Shown here: positions 1 through 14,756 of the stretch, one piece after another
Numbering within the stretch: the stretch's first letter is position 1
Layout: each line of letters starts with the position of its first letter
Source: the human T2T-CHM13v2.0 reference genome, Homo sapiens
Length of the DNA stretch: 64,000 nt
NCBI RefSeq assembly: GCF_009914755.1
Contig: NC_060936.1
Reading direction: 5' to 3' (one strand)
The notes under the pieces: model-generated
Databases searched by the model: none
Told to the model about the DNA's origin: nothing
The model's input: only the letters and a program-made list of their open reading frames with translations
Translations under genes and position numbers: made by a program

Positions 1-699
1 AAAAATGGGAACTGATCATTAAACTTTTTTTAGAACATTTCCTGTTCTTCAGCTAGTAGAAGTGGATTATTTTAAAAATCTGTTTCTACTTAGACTTTTT
101 ATTGATTAAAAAATAATACATTTCTCCATATCCTGACCAAATCAATGTTGAATACACATTGGTAGGATATTGCTTGTAGGGGCTGCTTGACTTGGCCCAG
201 GCTTGCTGGGTGGTTGGACGTGAAGGGTAGGATAAAGCCGCAAAGATCTCCCCACCCCCCAGCCCCAGATTGCTTAACTGAAGAGACTTTGGAGACCAGC
301 TGGGTAGCCAGGATTGCAGAAGAACAAACTTGAGGACCAGCCAGTTCTGCATTAGAAATTTTGGAGGCATTGTCCAGAGCCCTGAGAATGAGAGAAGATC
401 TCCAACCATCCACGGCTGTTTGGGCAAAGAAAGCATCGGGGAAAGGGAGGTAGGACTCAATAGCTGAGAATCAGGCAAAAAAAATCGGGAAAGTGGGTAA
501 TTATCTTATTCCCCACTATCTCTCCTTTCCACTGGCCACCCTTCCAGGCATCCTGTGATCTGAATTCCAGCTCTGCTCAGTTCAGCCTGGGGAATCAGAA
601 GAAAAATTGTCTCTGTCCACAAATCCCTTTCCCCTACCTCTGCTGCTTCAGTGACAAAAACTGAAAGAAGAAATTGGTGTAACAAAACTTTAAAATTTG

Positions 700-2960
700 T
701 ATATTTAGAAAATCTGAAAGAATCAACAAGGAGAACTCCTGGAACTAGTGCAGGATATGGTTAACATCCAAAAGTCAATTGCAACCAAGTGCAGTGGCTC
801 ACGCCTATAATCCCAGCAGTTTTAGGAGGCTGAGGTGGTAAACTGCTTTAGCCCAGGAGTTCGAGACCAGCCTGGGCAACATGGTGAAACCATGTCTCTA
901 CAAAAAATAGAAAAATTAGCCGGGCACTGTGGCATGTGCCTGTAGTCTCAGCTATTTGGGAGGTTGAGGTGGGAGGATCACTTGAGCTTGGGAGGTCAAG
1001 GCTGCAGTGAGCCATGACCATGCCACTGTGCTCCAGCCTGGGTGACAGAGTAAGACCCTGTCTCCAAAAAAAAAAAAAAAAAAGTCAATTGCTTTCTCAT
1101 ATACCAGCAATGAACAAATGAAATTTGAAATAAAAACCACAATACCATTTACATCAGCATTCCCCAAAATGAAATTGGTAGAAATCTAATAATATATGAA
1201 GAAGTTCTAGATAATGAAGAGTATAAAACTCTGATAAGAAAAATTTAAAAAGATCTAAATGATTGGAAAGATATTCCATGTTCATGGACAGGAAGACTTA
1301 TCTGGTCAAGATTTCAATTCTTCCCAACTTGATCTATAGATTTAATGCATTCTCAATAAAAAGCCCAGCAATATATTTTGTGAACATGAACAAACTGATT
1401 TTAAAGTTTATAGGAAGGGAAAAAGACCCAGAATAGCCAACACAATATTGAAGAAGAAGAACGAAGTCAGAGGACCAACACTATACCATAACAAAGACAG
1501 TGTGATAGTGGTGAAAGAATAGACAGATAGATCAATGGAACAGAATAGAGAAGCCAGAAATAATTTACATAAATATAATAAAACTGATCTTTGACAAAGT
1601 AACAAGGCAATAAAATAGAGAAAAAGAGAAACTTTTCAACAAAAGGTGCTGGAACAATGGAACATCCAAATGGAAAACAAAAATTGAATCTAGACACAGA
1701 CTTTACACCCTTCACAAAAATTAATTCAGAATGGATCATAGACCTATATGTAAAATGTGAAACTATTAAAATCTCCTAGATAATAACCCTGGAAAAAAAT
1801 CTAGATGACCTTGGGTATGGCAATGACTTTTAAAATACAATACTAAAGTCATGATCCATGAAATAAGAAGTTGGTAAGCTAGACTTCATTAAAATTTACA
1901 ACTTCTGCTCTGCAAGAGAATGAGAAGATAAGCCACAGATGGAAGAAAATATTTGCAAATGACATATGTGATAAAGGACTGTTATCTAAAATATACAAAG
2001 AACTCTTAAAACTCAACAATTAAAAATGAACAACCTGATTAAAAAATGGGCAAAAAACCTTAACAGAGACCTCACCAAAGAACATACAGAGATGACAAGT
2101 ATATGAAAAGATGCTCGATATAATATCATATGCCATTAGAAAAATGCAAACTACTAAATGCAAAGTGGCTGCACCACTTTGCAAGATAGTGTGGCAGTTT
2201 TTTTACAAAATCAAACATACTCTTACCATATGATCCAGCAGTTACCTTCCTTGGTATTTACCTAAATAAGTTGAAAAGTTATGTCCACACAAAAACCTGT
2301 CCATGGCTATTTACAGCACCTTTATTCATAAATGCCAAGACTTGGAAACAACAAAGATGTCCTTCAGTAGAGGAATGGATACATAAACTGTGGGACATCC
2401 AAACAATAGAATATTTTTCGGTGCTAAAAGAAATGAGCTATTAAGGCATTAAAATATATGGAAGAACCTTAAATCCATGTCACTGAGTGAAAAAGCCAGT
2501 TTGAAAGGCTACATACTGTATGGTTCCAACTATATCACATTCTGGAAAAATACAAAAATTATGGAGATAGTAAAACAATCAGTGTTTGCCAGAGGTTAGC
2601 AGGGAGGTAGGGATGACTAGGCAGAACACATAATATTTTCAGGGCAGTGAAACTGTTTTGTATAATATTATAATAGTGGACACATGTCATCATACATTTT
2701 TCAAAACCCATTGAATGAACAGCACCAAGAGTGAACCTTAGTGTAAACTATGGACTTTTAGTGATAATGATGTGTCAATGTAGGCTCATCGATTATAACA
2801 AATATGTCATTCTGGTGCTAGATGTTGACAGTTGGGGAGGCTATGTGTGGGGAGGTAGGGGGTATCTGGGAACTCTCTGTACTTTCCATTCAATTTTGCT
2901 GTGAACCTAAAACTGCTCTAAAAAATGAAGCCTATTAAAGATGTATTAGCTAAAAAAAAG
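700..2960 (+). mobile_element. Old L1 (L1MC-like) 3' portion: degenerate ORF2 end and 3' UTR, interrupted by an Alu
   Basis: L1 ORF2-like tracts (ggaaagatattccatgttcatgga; gatcaatggaacagaatagag) and an L1MC-type 3' end (caattttgctgtgaacctaaaactgctctaaaaaa) followed by an A-rich tail. Confidence 0.85.
784..1083 (+). mobile_element. AluJ
   Basis: Dimeric Alu with J-type positions (ggaggatcacttgagc) and poly(A); TSD aaaagtcaattgc at 770-782 and 1080-1092. Confidence 0.95.
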
Positions 2961-3751
2961 GGTATAAGTGATGAGTCAGTGAAAGGCAGATAAAAGCATT
3001 GAGTAGCAAAGGCTCATTTTCATCAATACTGCCCCATTAAGAAGAGTTTGCTTTCTTCTCTGACATCTTCCATTCCCCACTCCGTTCCTACTTCCACCCT
3101 TTTAAGCATTCAGTCACTTTGTAGTCCCCATGCATTTATTTTGTCAAAGTCTGATCTTACGTTAGTATTTCCATATTTTAGGATGGATACACTTTACAGC
3201 CTAGACCATAGACCATCCATGCTGAGACAGTTAGAGAGTGATGGGCTTATTCCTAGGTGGGAACAGTTCTATGTGTCTGGTTCCTACCTGTTTGCTCCCA
3301 GACTTTCCTGTCCCCTCTCCTTTTTTTCTGTCCCCAGCTCATGGGTACTCTGGATCTAGAATCCTTGCCTTGGACCCACAGTAGAATTGACATGCTGGGC
3401 TAGACTGCCCTGGCCTGGCCATTGCCAGTCTTAAGCCTCCAAGTTTCTTTTGCCCTTGGCAACTCCCAGACATATAAGCCCGGCCTTTTTGGTGGGAATG
3501 GGGGTTCAAGAGAGACATCTAGAGCTTCTTTTTTCCTTATCAGTTACACTCCACTTCAGAGGTCTAGACCAACTCCCAGTGTGAGTTGCTTCTGGAAGGT
3601 TTCTCATTGAACATGTCATAGGTTACAGGTGGTTATGAGACAAAGATGGCTTTAACACATGTTAAACCATTTAGAAACTTAAAAATTTTTATAGCGTTTG
3701 AAATTATTTTTGTATTTTTATAGGTAATAATCATACAAAGAAAATAACATA

Positions 3752-4053
<302 letters not shown>

Positions 4054-5389
4054 CTATATTTTCTCCAAGTCTTACATAGTTTCTCCCAAATGCCTTTCAG
4101 GTTACAAGTGGAGTAAGAGGAACTGAATTACTTCCTGGATGTCAGTACACTTGAGTTTAATCTCAGTTACTCAATAGATGGTGACTGAGGTTATTCATGA
4201 CTTAATTCCTTCAGATCTTCCTCGCGTATAGGAAGAAGGGAGAAGGACCAGATTGTCATCTGGTCAAGTCTTCTCCAGCCTTAAAATTTTATGATTTCTG
4301 TATGTTAAATGCAAATACAGATGGTGACTGTTTGATCCAGCCCAGTTTCCTCCTATATCATGTTTCTCTCAAAGTGAAACCTAAAATCTTGAAAAAGCTT
4401 CCTATAAAAGGCCACACTTCAGATTTCATCAACTCCCAAAGCAGACTGTCTATGGATCAGAAATTCTCATCTTGAAGTGGGGCAAGTCCTCACTTGTACA
4501 CATGTTCTTTCCACTCAAATGCAGACACTGTTCTTGTGGAAAGAGTAGAGGTCAGCCAGCCAGAGGCCCCATTCCGAGGGGATTGAAAGGTCTCCCAAGG
4601 CAACCACTCCCAAAGGCGGGTTGAGTTTCTGTGAGCTGTTTCCTGCCTGAACAAACAGCCCCTCCCAAGCCCTCAAGGCTGAACTGGTTCAGGGACCACC
4701 CTTTGAGATTCTAGTCTTTTGCAGTAGCCAGTGAGTCTTGAACAAAAATAAATGTGAAAAACATAGTCCTTGGGGTTTGACCCCACGACAGATCCAGAAC
4801 CAACATGGCTTTTTTTTTTTCTTTTCAGTCTGGTAATAAATAACTTGAGCCTGTGCCAAACCCGGAACACATTCCCTGGTCTATCCTGGTTCAAACGTGT
4901 CAGTGTGAGACAGACAGGAATAGGACAGGCCATGGGGAAACAGGAGCCAAGACTATTCGTTAAAGTCTGGTCCTTGGCCAAACCATGAGGTTGTTTGCCT
5001 AGAGTCCTCCTAGTTAGTTCCCTGTGGAACTGTCTTCTCACCTCCCTTTTTGATGCTTTCTACTATCTTGGCAAACCAGCCCCTTCCTCTATCTCAGCTA
5101 CCTAACAAGGATGCCCTATGTTCAGATAAGGATCAAGGTTGGAAAGGGTTTGATTAATTCAAACAAGTTTGGAGCAAATGAGAATTTAAGATGTAATTCC
5201 TCTCAAGAGAACTCTATTCATGGAGCATTCTAAAATATTGTAAATCCTTCAACAAAATCTATAATAATGGAATTTCATACCTGTAGGAGAGAGAAATTTG
5301 GCTGGAACACTCTTCTATTGCCCTCAAATCATACTGTGCTTTGTAATTTAAAGAAATATGAATTTAATGCCAACAACGTGCAGACACCG

Positions 5390-5667
5390 TTTTTTTTGTT
5401 TTGTTTTTTGAGACAAGGTCTCACTCTGTCACCCAGGCTGGACTGTAACCTCCACCTCCCAGGCCCAAGCGATTCTCTTACCTCAGCCTCCTGAGTATCT
5501 AGGACTATAGCTGCGTGCCACCATGCCCAGCTAATTTTTAAAGTTTTTGTATAGATAGGGTTTTACCATGTTGCCCAGGCTGGTCTTGAACTCCTGGGCT
5601 CAAGCAATCCTCCTGTCTAGGCTTCCCAAATTGCTGGGATTACAAGTATGAGCCACTGCACCCAGCT
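5390..5667 (-). mobile_element. AluJ with a short internal deletion
   Basis: Antisense Alu; TSD gacaccgtttt / gacactgtttt. Confidence 0.92.
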
Positions 5668-5699
5668 GACACTGTTTTATCTATACATTACAAAGATTA

Positions 5700-5880
5700 A
5701 CTTATTTACTGCTTAAAGCCATATGAGGTAGGTACTTTTATGACCCCCATTTTACAGGAAACTGAGGAACAGAGAAGTAAAGTATCTTTCCCAAGGTCAC
5801 ACAGTTAGTGAGAGGCAAAGCTGGGATTCAAATTCACAGAGTCTGCTTCCAGAGGCCATGCTCCTAACTACTGTGCTATT
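5700..5880 (-). mobile_element. MIR
   Basis: MIR core cccattttacag..gaaactgagg..cccaaggtcacacag. Confidence 0.85.
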
Positions 5881-5971
5881 CCGCTAGCTCTGTTTAATGC
5901 TTCTTCACTCCCATCCTCCTATATTCATGTATAGACACTTCAGGGTGGATCTTTTAGAAGTAGATCATTTT

Positions 5972-6270
<299 letters not shown>

Positions 6271-6397
6271 GAAGTAGATCATTTTATTTCACTTGGACCT
6301 ATTGCTGGATCATAAAAGAAAATCTTGACTTCATGTAGACAAATAGATTTGGTGGGTCTAGATTTATTTATTGATTGATTGATATACACAAAATTAA

Positions 6398-6690
<293 letters not shown>

Positions 6691-7539
6691 AAAATGTTTT
6701 TAAAGTCAAACTAATATATGTGCTATTAAAAAACATTAAAGACTCAAGGGCTTATAACAACAAGTAATAATCCTCTGCCCCTCACTTTTCTTCTCTGGCC
6801 CTCTCTCCAGAGGCCAGAACTTGTAATTCCAATGGTTACCTCCACTTCTGTAAATAATATGCTTATACTTACGTTTTTGATTGATTGATCAACTTCAGAC
6901 ATTATCTACTGACTTCCTGCTATGATCATTGAGAATTTAGTTCCCTTCCAAAACTATACTCACCTTTCTCCTCTCCTGCCAATATATTTAACTAAACATT
7001 TTTAGTTCTTCGGTTGCTTACTTTTGAAATTTTAAATAATTAAACCTCTATTTCTTGTCCATTAACCTATGGATAAGATCTCCTAACTCCCTATTTCATT
7101 AATGCCTCATCCTTCTTCTTACCTTTTATGCAAACATAATGAAATCTATTTTGGTTTTATTATAGATTGATCCTAAAAGTTAAAAGTCAGTGAAAATTAC
7201 TTATATTATTGTTTTCAATGGAGAGCCATGTAATGTGCTAAGATTATATTGATTTTCTTGTACAACCTTTTTTCCCTCGAGTTTCAAATGGCTTTCCATT
7301 TTTTCCTTTTAATTGTTTGCCCTGATCCTTAAGACTTTCCATCATTTCAATCATACTTCTAGCTCATTAAGGCCCCCTTTTCCCATACTCTTCCATTATT
7401 CTGCTCACTTTATTCTCTTGCTCAAGACCCTCCAATGATGTCTTGTCCCAGCCAACACAGTAGAGAAGGGCCCTGCTTATTCCTCAGAGATCATCTCCTA
7501 CCACACTTATTTCACTCCCAACATTCCTGCAACGGTTAC

Positions 7540-7948
7540 TTTCTTCTCACTCTTCAAACACACAAAGCTCATTTCTATAGCTGGACCTTGCATTTGCTGT
7601 TTCCTCTTCCTGGAATACATTTCTCCCAGAGTTTCCTATCACCCAGTTAGTTCCTCATTTCACTCAGGCCTCAGCCCAAGTGTCATCCCTCAGAGAGACT
7701 GTCCTTGTCCATTCCACCTGCACCAGTACACTTCTTTCCCTGCTTTATTTTCCATCATGGCATTTATCAGTACCTACAATTAGCTCACACATGTATTTCT
7801 TTACATCTTTTCTATGTCCCTCATTGGAATGCAAGCATAATGGTGTCTCTCTTCTCTCTTACTCACTGTTGTAGCTCCAGCACCCAGAAGACTGCCTAGC
7901 ATGTAGCAAGTGCACAATAAATACTTGCTGAATAAATGAAGGAATGTC
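7540..7948 (+). mobile_element. L2 3' end
   Basis: Typical L2 terminus gcctagcatgtagcaagtgcacaataaatacttgctgaataaatgaa. Confidence 0.8.
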
Positions 7949-8234
7949 TCTCTTAAACTTGCTAAATAGATGCTATCCTGGCACTTCCCTTCATTGCTTT
8001 CCTCGATAGGACCCATGGACTTCCATTTCTCCATTTTGCTAGAGAATATATTCAAATGACTTTCTAAGGAAGGATGCATTGGGAGTAAAATTTCCAAATC
8101 CTCACATATTTGACAACATCTGTATTCTGCCTCAACCTAATTGATAGTTTGCCTAGCCATAGGCTTCTGGGTTGAGACTCATTTCTCTTTGAATTTTGGC
8201 AGCTACTCTGACGTTCTTTCCTTTGATAGTGATA

Positions 8235-8254
8235 TGTGTGTGTGTGTGTGTGTG
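8235..8254. repeat. (TG)n microsatellite
   Basis: Seen directly. Confidence 0.95.
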
Positions 8255-8600
8255 CGTTTTAACTTGCTTTCCAGAAGCTTTTAGGGTTTATTATGCATTC
8301 TCAGTAATATACCTAGGATTTTTCTTTCTTTCCTCCCTTCCTTTCTTTCCTTCTCTCTCTCCCTTTCTTCCTTCACTCCTGCTCTGCAATCAAAGGGCTT
8401 TTTCAACTTGAAGACAGTTTGTTTTTTCATTTAGCTTTTCTATTATTTTGCTATTCTTTCTTTCTGAAATGCTCTTTAGCCACTTTGGACTTTCTGAAAC
8501 TCCTTCCCTTTTCCCTCCCCTCCCCTCCCCTTCCCTTCTTCTTTCTCTTAAACTGAATGCAAGTCCATCCCTCCCTCCCTCCCTTCCTTCTTTCTCTCAT

Positions 8601-9044
8601 GCAAGTTTACTAGGAAAGTAAAGGAATAAAAGAATGGCTACTCCATAGAGTAGCCCCAAGGGCTGCTGGTTACCCATTTTTATGGTTATTTCTTGATGAT
8701 ATGCTAAACAGAGGTGGATTATTCATGCCTCCCCTTTTTAGACCATATAGGGTAACTTTCTAATGTTTCCATGGCACTTGTAAACTGTCATGGCACTGGT
8801 GGGAGTGTAACAGTGAGGATGACAAGAGGTGGCCATATTGGTTTTGGTGGGTTTTAGCCAGCTTCTTTACTGCAACTTGTTTTATCAGCAAGGTCTTTAT
8901 GACCTGTATCTTGTGCCAATCTCCTATCTCATCCAGTGATTTAGAACGCCTTAACCATCTGGGAATGCAGCCCAGTAGGTCTCAGCCTCATTTTACCCAG
9001 CCTCTATTCAAGATGGAGTTGCTCTGATTTAAACACCTCTGACA
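8601..9044 (-). mobile_element. MER41 (MER41A-type) ERV1 LTR, U5 end missing
   Basis: Reverse complement starts TGTCAGAGGTGTTTAAATCAGAGCAACTCCATCTTGAATAG, matching the recalled MER41 consensus; polypurine tract adjacent at 9045-9058. Confidence 0.88.
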
Positions 9045-9062
9045 TTTCCCCTCTCCCCACCA

Positions 9063-9361
9063 TTTTTTTTTTTTTTTTTTGAGACGGAGTTTCACTCTGT
9101 GGCCCAGGCTGGAGGCCAGTGGTGTGATCTCAGCTCACTGCAACCTCTGCTCCTGGGTTCAAGCAATTCTCCTGCCTCAGCGTCCCAAGTAGCTGGCATT
9201 ACAGGCACCTGCCACCATACCTGGCTGATTTTTGTATTTTTAGTAGAGACGTGGTTTTGCCATGTTGGCCAGGCTGGTCTCAAACTCCTGACCTCAGGTG
9301 ATCCACCCACCTCAGCCTCCCAAAGTGCTGGCATTACAGGCGTTGAGCCACCCTGCCCAGC
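9063..9361 (-). mobile_element. AluS inserted between the ERV PPT and the internal sequence
   Basis: Poly(T) followed by antisense Alu. Confidence 0.95.
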
Positions 9362-10224
9362 TACTCCCTCCCTTTTCTAAGAGAACCCTTAATCCTAAGG
9401 GTTGCAGAGGAATGAAGATTCATCTTCTGTAACTTCTTCAGGCTGAATAGGGGCGATGATATTCCTGCGTAACTATTAGGGTCTCTCATATTCAAGGTAG
9501 AGAGGAACTCAGTCAGAAAACATCAGTATGGTGAGGGTCATTCGTGACTCTTGAGTTCTGACAAAAGGTAATATCTGGAAGATTAATAAGTATTCAGTTT
9601 AAGAAAATGTTGAGTAAGCTTATTCAGCTTTCCCACACAGAGTACAACAGCAATATATTCCACAAAGTAAACCAAAATAAGCAAAATTATCCCAAGTAAA
9701 CTAAATTAGAAGGCTTTCCATGAACTGGGCAACTGTTGGAACCAAGCTGATATGGGGTTGCTAGCTGATTCCAGTGTGCCCAGAATTAGAATATTGATTC
9801 AGATTTTTACATTACCCACCCTTCTTGTGTCTTCCGAGCAGCAGTCAGAGATCACTGGTTGGTTCACAGGAATAAGCAGAGTTAGCCTAAATTGCAGAAA
9901 CAAAATTAAAAATAACTGATGAGACTAGAATTTAATAACAAGTGTACCATAGTTCTTGAAATATAATATTTCTCTCTCCAGTTTCCCATTTTTACTAAAG
10001 ACAAATCATGGTAAGACTGATTTGCTTTATTTTACTTGGCCTGATTATTTGTACAAAGTGCAGCAAGAATAATTATTTTTCACATAAGCTCTTTTTAAAT
10101 TGGCTTTGATGGAACTCTGTTTCATAGAAGGAATCTTAGATAAGACATTTTTAGAGCCGAGCCCTGCCATGGGTTTGTACCCTCAAATACCTATGAGTTG
10201 AGTAAATTCCTCTCCTCTTAAGGT
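9362..10224 (-). mobile_element. ERV1 (MER41/MER4-group) internal region, 3' part
   Basis: Contiguous with the LTR and PPT once the Alu is removed; MER4-group-like tracts (ggaactctgtttcatagaaggaatcttagataagac). Confidence 0.7.
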
Positions 10225-10401
10225 GAATGATCCCTTATTTCTTTACTTTCTCACCTATTTTTCACTTTTGCAAGATTTCCTTATATTACTTTCCAAGATT
10301 TTACATATTTTTTTGTCAGTTGTATTTTTAAATTCCAAGAATAAGATTTGTTTTCTGATTTTTTCTTTTCCAAAGCATATATTCCTATTTTAGGAATACA
10401 A

Positions 10402-11482
10402 TGTACATTAATCTGCTAGGGCTTCCATAACAAAGTACCACAGACTGGGTGGACACAACAGAAACTTATTTTCTCACAATTCCAGAGACTAGAAATCTGA
10501 GATCAAGGTGTCAGAAGGGTTGGTGTCTTCCAAGGCCTCTCTCCTTAGTTCGTAGATAGCCGTCTTCACCCTGTGTCTTTATATCATCTTTTCTCTGTAC
10601 ATGGCTATGTTCTAATCTCTTCTTACAAAGACAGCAGTAAAATTGGATAAGGGCCCATTTTTACTTAATTATCTCTTGTTTTCCCTGCCAAATTAAAACA
10701 AATTGTGGGTACATAGTAGGTGTATATATTGGTGGGTTACGTGAGATGTTTTGATACAGGCGTGCAATATGTAATAATTACATCAGATAAATGGATATCC
10801 ATCACCTCAAGCATTTATCCTTTGTGTTTCAAACAATTCAATTATATTCTCTTGTTATTTTTAAATGTACAATTAAATTATTATTGACTATAATCACCCT
10901 GTTTTGCTATCAAATACTGGTTCTTATTCATTCTTTCTATTTTTTTGTACCCATTAATAATCACAATTTTCCCCTCACCATCCCCCTGCCCCAACTACCT
11001 TTCTTAGCCTCTGGTAACCCTCTACTCTCTATCTCCATGAGTTCAATTGTTTTAATTTTTTAGCTTCCCCAGATAGGTGAAAATATGTGCTGTTTGTCTT
11101 TCTGTGCCTGGATTATTTTACTTAATGTAACGATCTCCAGTTCTATCCATGTTGTTGCAAATGACAGGGTCTCATTCTTTTTTATGGCTGAATAGTACTC
11201 CATTGTGTATATGTATCACATTTTCTTTGTCCATTCATCTGTTGATGGACACTTAGGCTGCTTCCAAATCTTGGCTATTGTGAACAGTGCTGCAACAATC
11301 ATGGGAGTGCAGATATCTCTTCGATATAATGATTTCCTTTCTTTTGGCCATATACCTATAATTACCTCTTTAAAGACCCTTTCTTCAAATACTGTCACAT
11401 TCTGAAGTACTGAGAGTTGGGACTTCAGCTTATGAATTTGGCGGGGGGTGGGGGCGGGGGGACATGATTCCACCCATAGCAC
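10402..11482 (-). mobile_element. MLT1A-type MaLR LTR split by an L1MA insertion
   Basis: gctagggcttccataacaaagtaccacagactgggtgg... resumes at 11359 (taattacctctttaaagaccc...tgtcacattctgaagtactg). Confidence 0.85.
10680..11358 (-). mobile_element. L1MA 3' fragment (5'-truncated)
   Basis: L1MA 3' UTR (gtgggtacatagtaggtgtatatatt); ORF2 C-terminal remnant [26 protein letters not shown]; TSD taattatctctt (10666-10677) / taattacctctt (11359-11370). Confidence 0.9.
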
Positions 11483-11858
11483 AGTGTCATCTCAATGTCT
11501 CTGAGTGTTTTATATATATCTTAAAAAAGTTCTAACCTATTCCATGCATTAGTTGTTTTCCCCAGGATCACCTTATTTATTTATTTATCTTGAATTCTCT
11601 CTTTAATGTTGTAGACTTTCATCAAAAAGCCCATTATCTATTCATATTTAAGAATGGGACAAGAGAAAGTTTAACTGTGAATATGGATGGGATTTCCAGA
11701 CTTTACTAGCAGACCTTACTTCTGGAGCCAGCCAATATACTGGTTGGCCCCCAAATTCCTAAATGAAAGTGGAAACACTGTGGAAGTCTAACACATATGC
11801 TTGCTGCTCTTGTTCTCTTTCTATTAAAAAAAAAATCCTCCACTTTGTGACCAAGAAG

Positions 11859-12054
11859 TAAGGTTGCCAGATTTAGGGGGGAAAATGGTCAACCAGTTCA
11901 ACTTGAATTTCAGACAAAAAAGAAACCATTTTATATTAATAGTAGTGTATGTTCCATGCAATACTTAGGGACACCCTTAACACTAAAAAACAGTTCATTG
12001 TGCCTATGAAATTCAAACTGAATTGAACATCTTGTATTTCATCTGACCACCTTA
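11859..12054. mobile_element. MER53 hAT-type MITE
   Basis: Terminal inverted repeats taaggttgccagat / atctgaccacctta; internal gaatttcagac / tatgaaattcaaa. Confidence 0.8.
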
Positions 12055-12280
12055 CCACCACAAGGGGGACATGGATTGCGGGTAAGGGCCGGCTACCCGA
12101 CATTCTACCAAACATGGAAGAGGCGAGTAGGAAAAGAGTGATGGTTCCACTTACAGACCTTCAAATAATCATGGATTTTCATTTCACTTCCTACCCCATG
12201 AAAATAGAACTCTAAAGAGTTCTGGCCAGCTGGTCTACTCCCTCTCAGGCCACAATCCCTCTGCATATGTGATATAATAA

Positions 12281-12284
<4 letters not shown>

Positions 12285-12359
<75 letters not shown>

Positions 12360-12373
12360 CACACATATATATA
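12285..12373. repeat. Compound (TA)n(CA)n microsatellite
   Basis: Seen directly. Confidence 0.97.
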
Positions 12374-12734
12374 TTTGGTATTTGTCCCCAGAGTCTATTA
12401 TTCCTCACAACGTCTCTGAGAATTCTGTTGATGTGTTTTTTGACATTTTATGTTTTTCCTAATGAACCTTTCCATGTTGAAGTTCCAAGCCCTAAAATTT
12501 AATAACTTTTATTTCTTAGTGTTATGAATTTTAAGACTGGGCTCACAAGAAGCTAGGAACAACATATAATTTTATTTGTACCACTATTTACATATTCATT
12601 TCTTCAAAAAAAAAACAAGTTAAAAAATAGGTGGAAAATGAAAAAGCCCATGTAAATTTCACAAGTTTCACTCTTGTAGAACAGAGTATGATTTTAAGTT
12701 TACAAGTCCAGCTGACCAGTCTATAACTTTAGTT

Positions 12735-13028
12735 GTTTTAGAGACAGGGTCTCACTCTGTCATCCAGGCTGGAGCACAGTGGCACGAACATAGCTCTCTA
12801 TAACCTTGAACTCCTGGGCTCAAGTGATCCTCTGCATTAGCCTCCTGAGTAGCTGGGACTATAGGTGCACGGTACCATGCCCGGCTAATTTTTAAGAAAA
12901 TTTATGTAGAGAGAGACAGGGTCTCACTATGTTGCCTGGGCTGGTCTTAACTCCTGACCTCAAACAATCCTCCTGCCTCAGCCTCCAAAAGTGCTGGGAT
13001 TACAGATGTGAGCCACCATGCCTGGCTC
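12735..13028 (-). mobile_element. AluJ
   Basis: Antisense Alu with J diagnostics (ctcctgggctcaag). Confidence 0.92.
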
Positions 13029-13086
13029 TTAAGGTATATAGTTAATATTTATTAATTTAACTTAAAATAAAAGCAGAAGGTATATT

Positions 13087-13200
13087 TAGGGTAACCAACT
13101 ATTCTGGTTTGCCTGGAATTGAGGGAATTTCCAGGACACAGGATTTTCTGTGCTAAAACTAACAAAGTCACAGGCAAACTGGGAGGATTTGTTCACCCTA
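13087..13200. mobile_element. MER81 (hAT-Blackjack) MITE
   Basis: 114 bp; TIRs tagggtaaccaac / ttgttcacccta. Confidence 0.82.
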
Positions 13201-14314
13201 TATATACTAGAAATATATAAATAAGTAAATAGGTTAGGCCTAATCCTAATGCTCAAATTTTTTTCTAATTTATTTTATATCCCATATAAGACATATACAT
13301 TATTTGCATACATCTATCAACCATCCTTTTAATTGTTCTTTAATTGAATCAGTCTTTAAAATGAGAATATTCAATGTGTTCACAGGTGTGTTGAATTGCT
13401 TAATTAGTGCTTATAAATAGCTTTGGGATCCTTTGATGAAAACATTAAGTGATTGTAAAGATTTATAACAATATTACTTCACACTGAAGGACACAGCAGG
13501 ATTCAAAGCACCTTACTGATTGAACATAGATTATTTAGATACTGTAATCCCCATGGAAATTCACTAACGGTATTTCCATCATAAGGAACTAGTTCACAAC
13601 AAATTGTTCTTTTAAAAAAAAATCAAAGGGAGAATGTAAGTGAAACTGAGCCTTTGGACCTAAAGAACAAAATGCATAGGCAGGAAGGAGGTAGTTGCAC
13701 AAGTCTGAAAAAAGTGGAGCCACCTGGATCTTGTAAAAAGCTATATGAAAGGGCCCTTTTAGAAAACAACATCTATTCTCCTTGTAGACATTCCAGGTAA
13801 ACACATTTTTCTGTGAGGCACAATTAGTCCTAGTTACTGAAAATGTCACGTTCTCTCCATTGACAGATACTGAAGTTTTTTCATGGGGCAAAACTGGGAA
13901 TATTTGAGATAAAATTAAATAATACTGCTTAAGCAGAACATCTTACCTTTTTATACTTAAATGCTGCTGTATTTCTTAAGAGCAAGGAGATTCTCTTACA
14001 CCACAGAACAATGATCAAAACCAGAAAATTTATGTTAACATTATGTAACTTACAGATCTTAATCATATTTTACCAGTTGTCTCAATAATGTCTTTTCTAT
14101 CAAATAATAGTAAAAAAAAAATCTAGTCAAGGGTCTAATTGGGAATTACACGTTGCATGTAGTTGTACTATGGCTTTAGTCTTTTAAAATTGGGAACAGT
14201 TTTTTGGTTGATCTTTGCTTTTCATGACATTTGCATTTTGAACAGTATAGGCCAATTAATTTGTCAAATATCCACTTTGTTTCTTCATGATTAGATTGAG
14301 GGTAAACAGGGTAA

Positions 14315-14718
<404 letters not shown>

Positions 14719-14756
14719 TAACAAGCTGAAGATAGAGGAAGAAGCTTTCAGTGGGC

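Noticed and set aside
86-478. 130-aa and 104-aa minus-strand ORFs
   Set aside because: No recognisable domain, no supporting exon structure, and the longer ORF starts at a non-ATG codon
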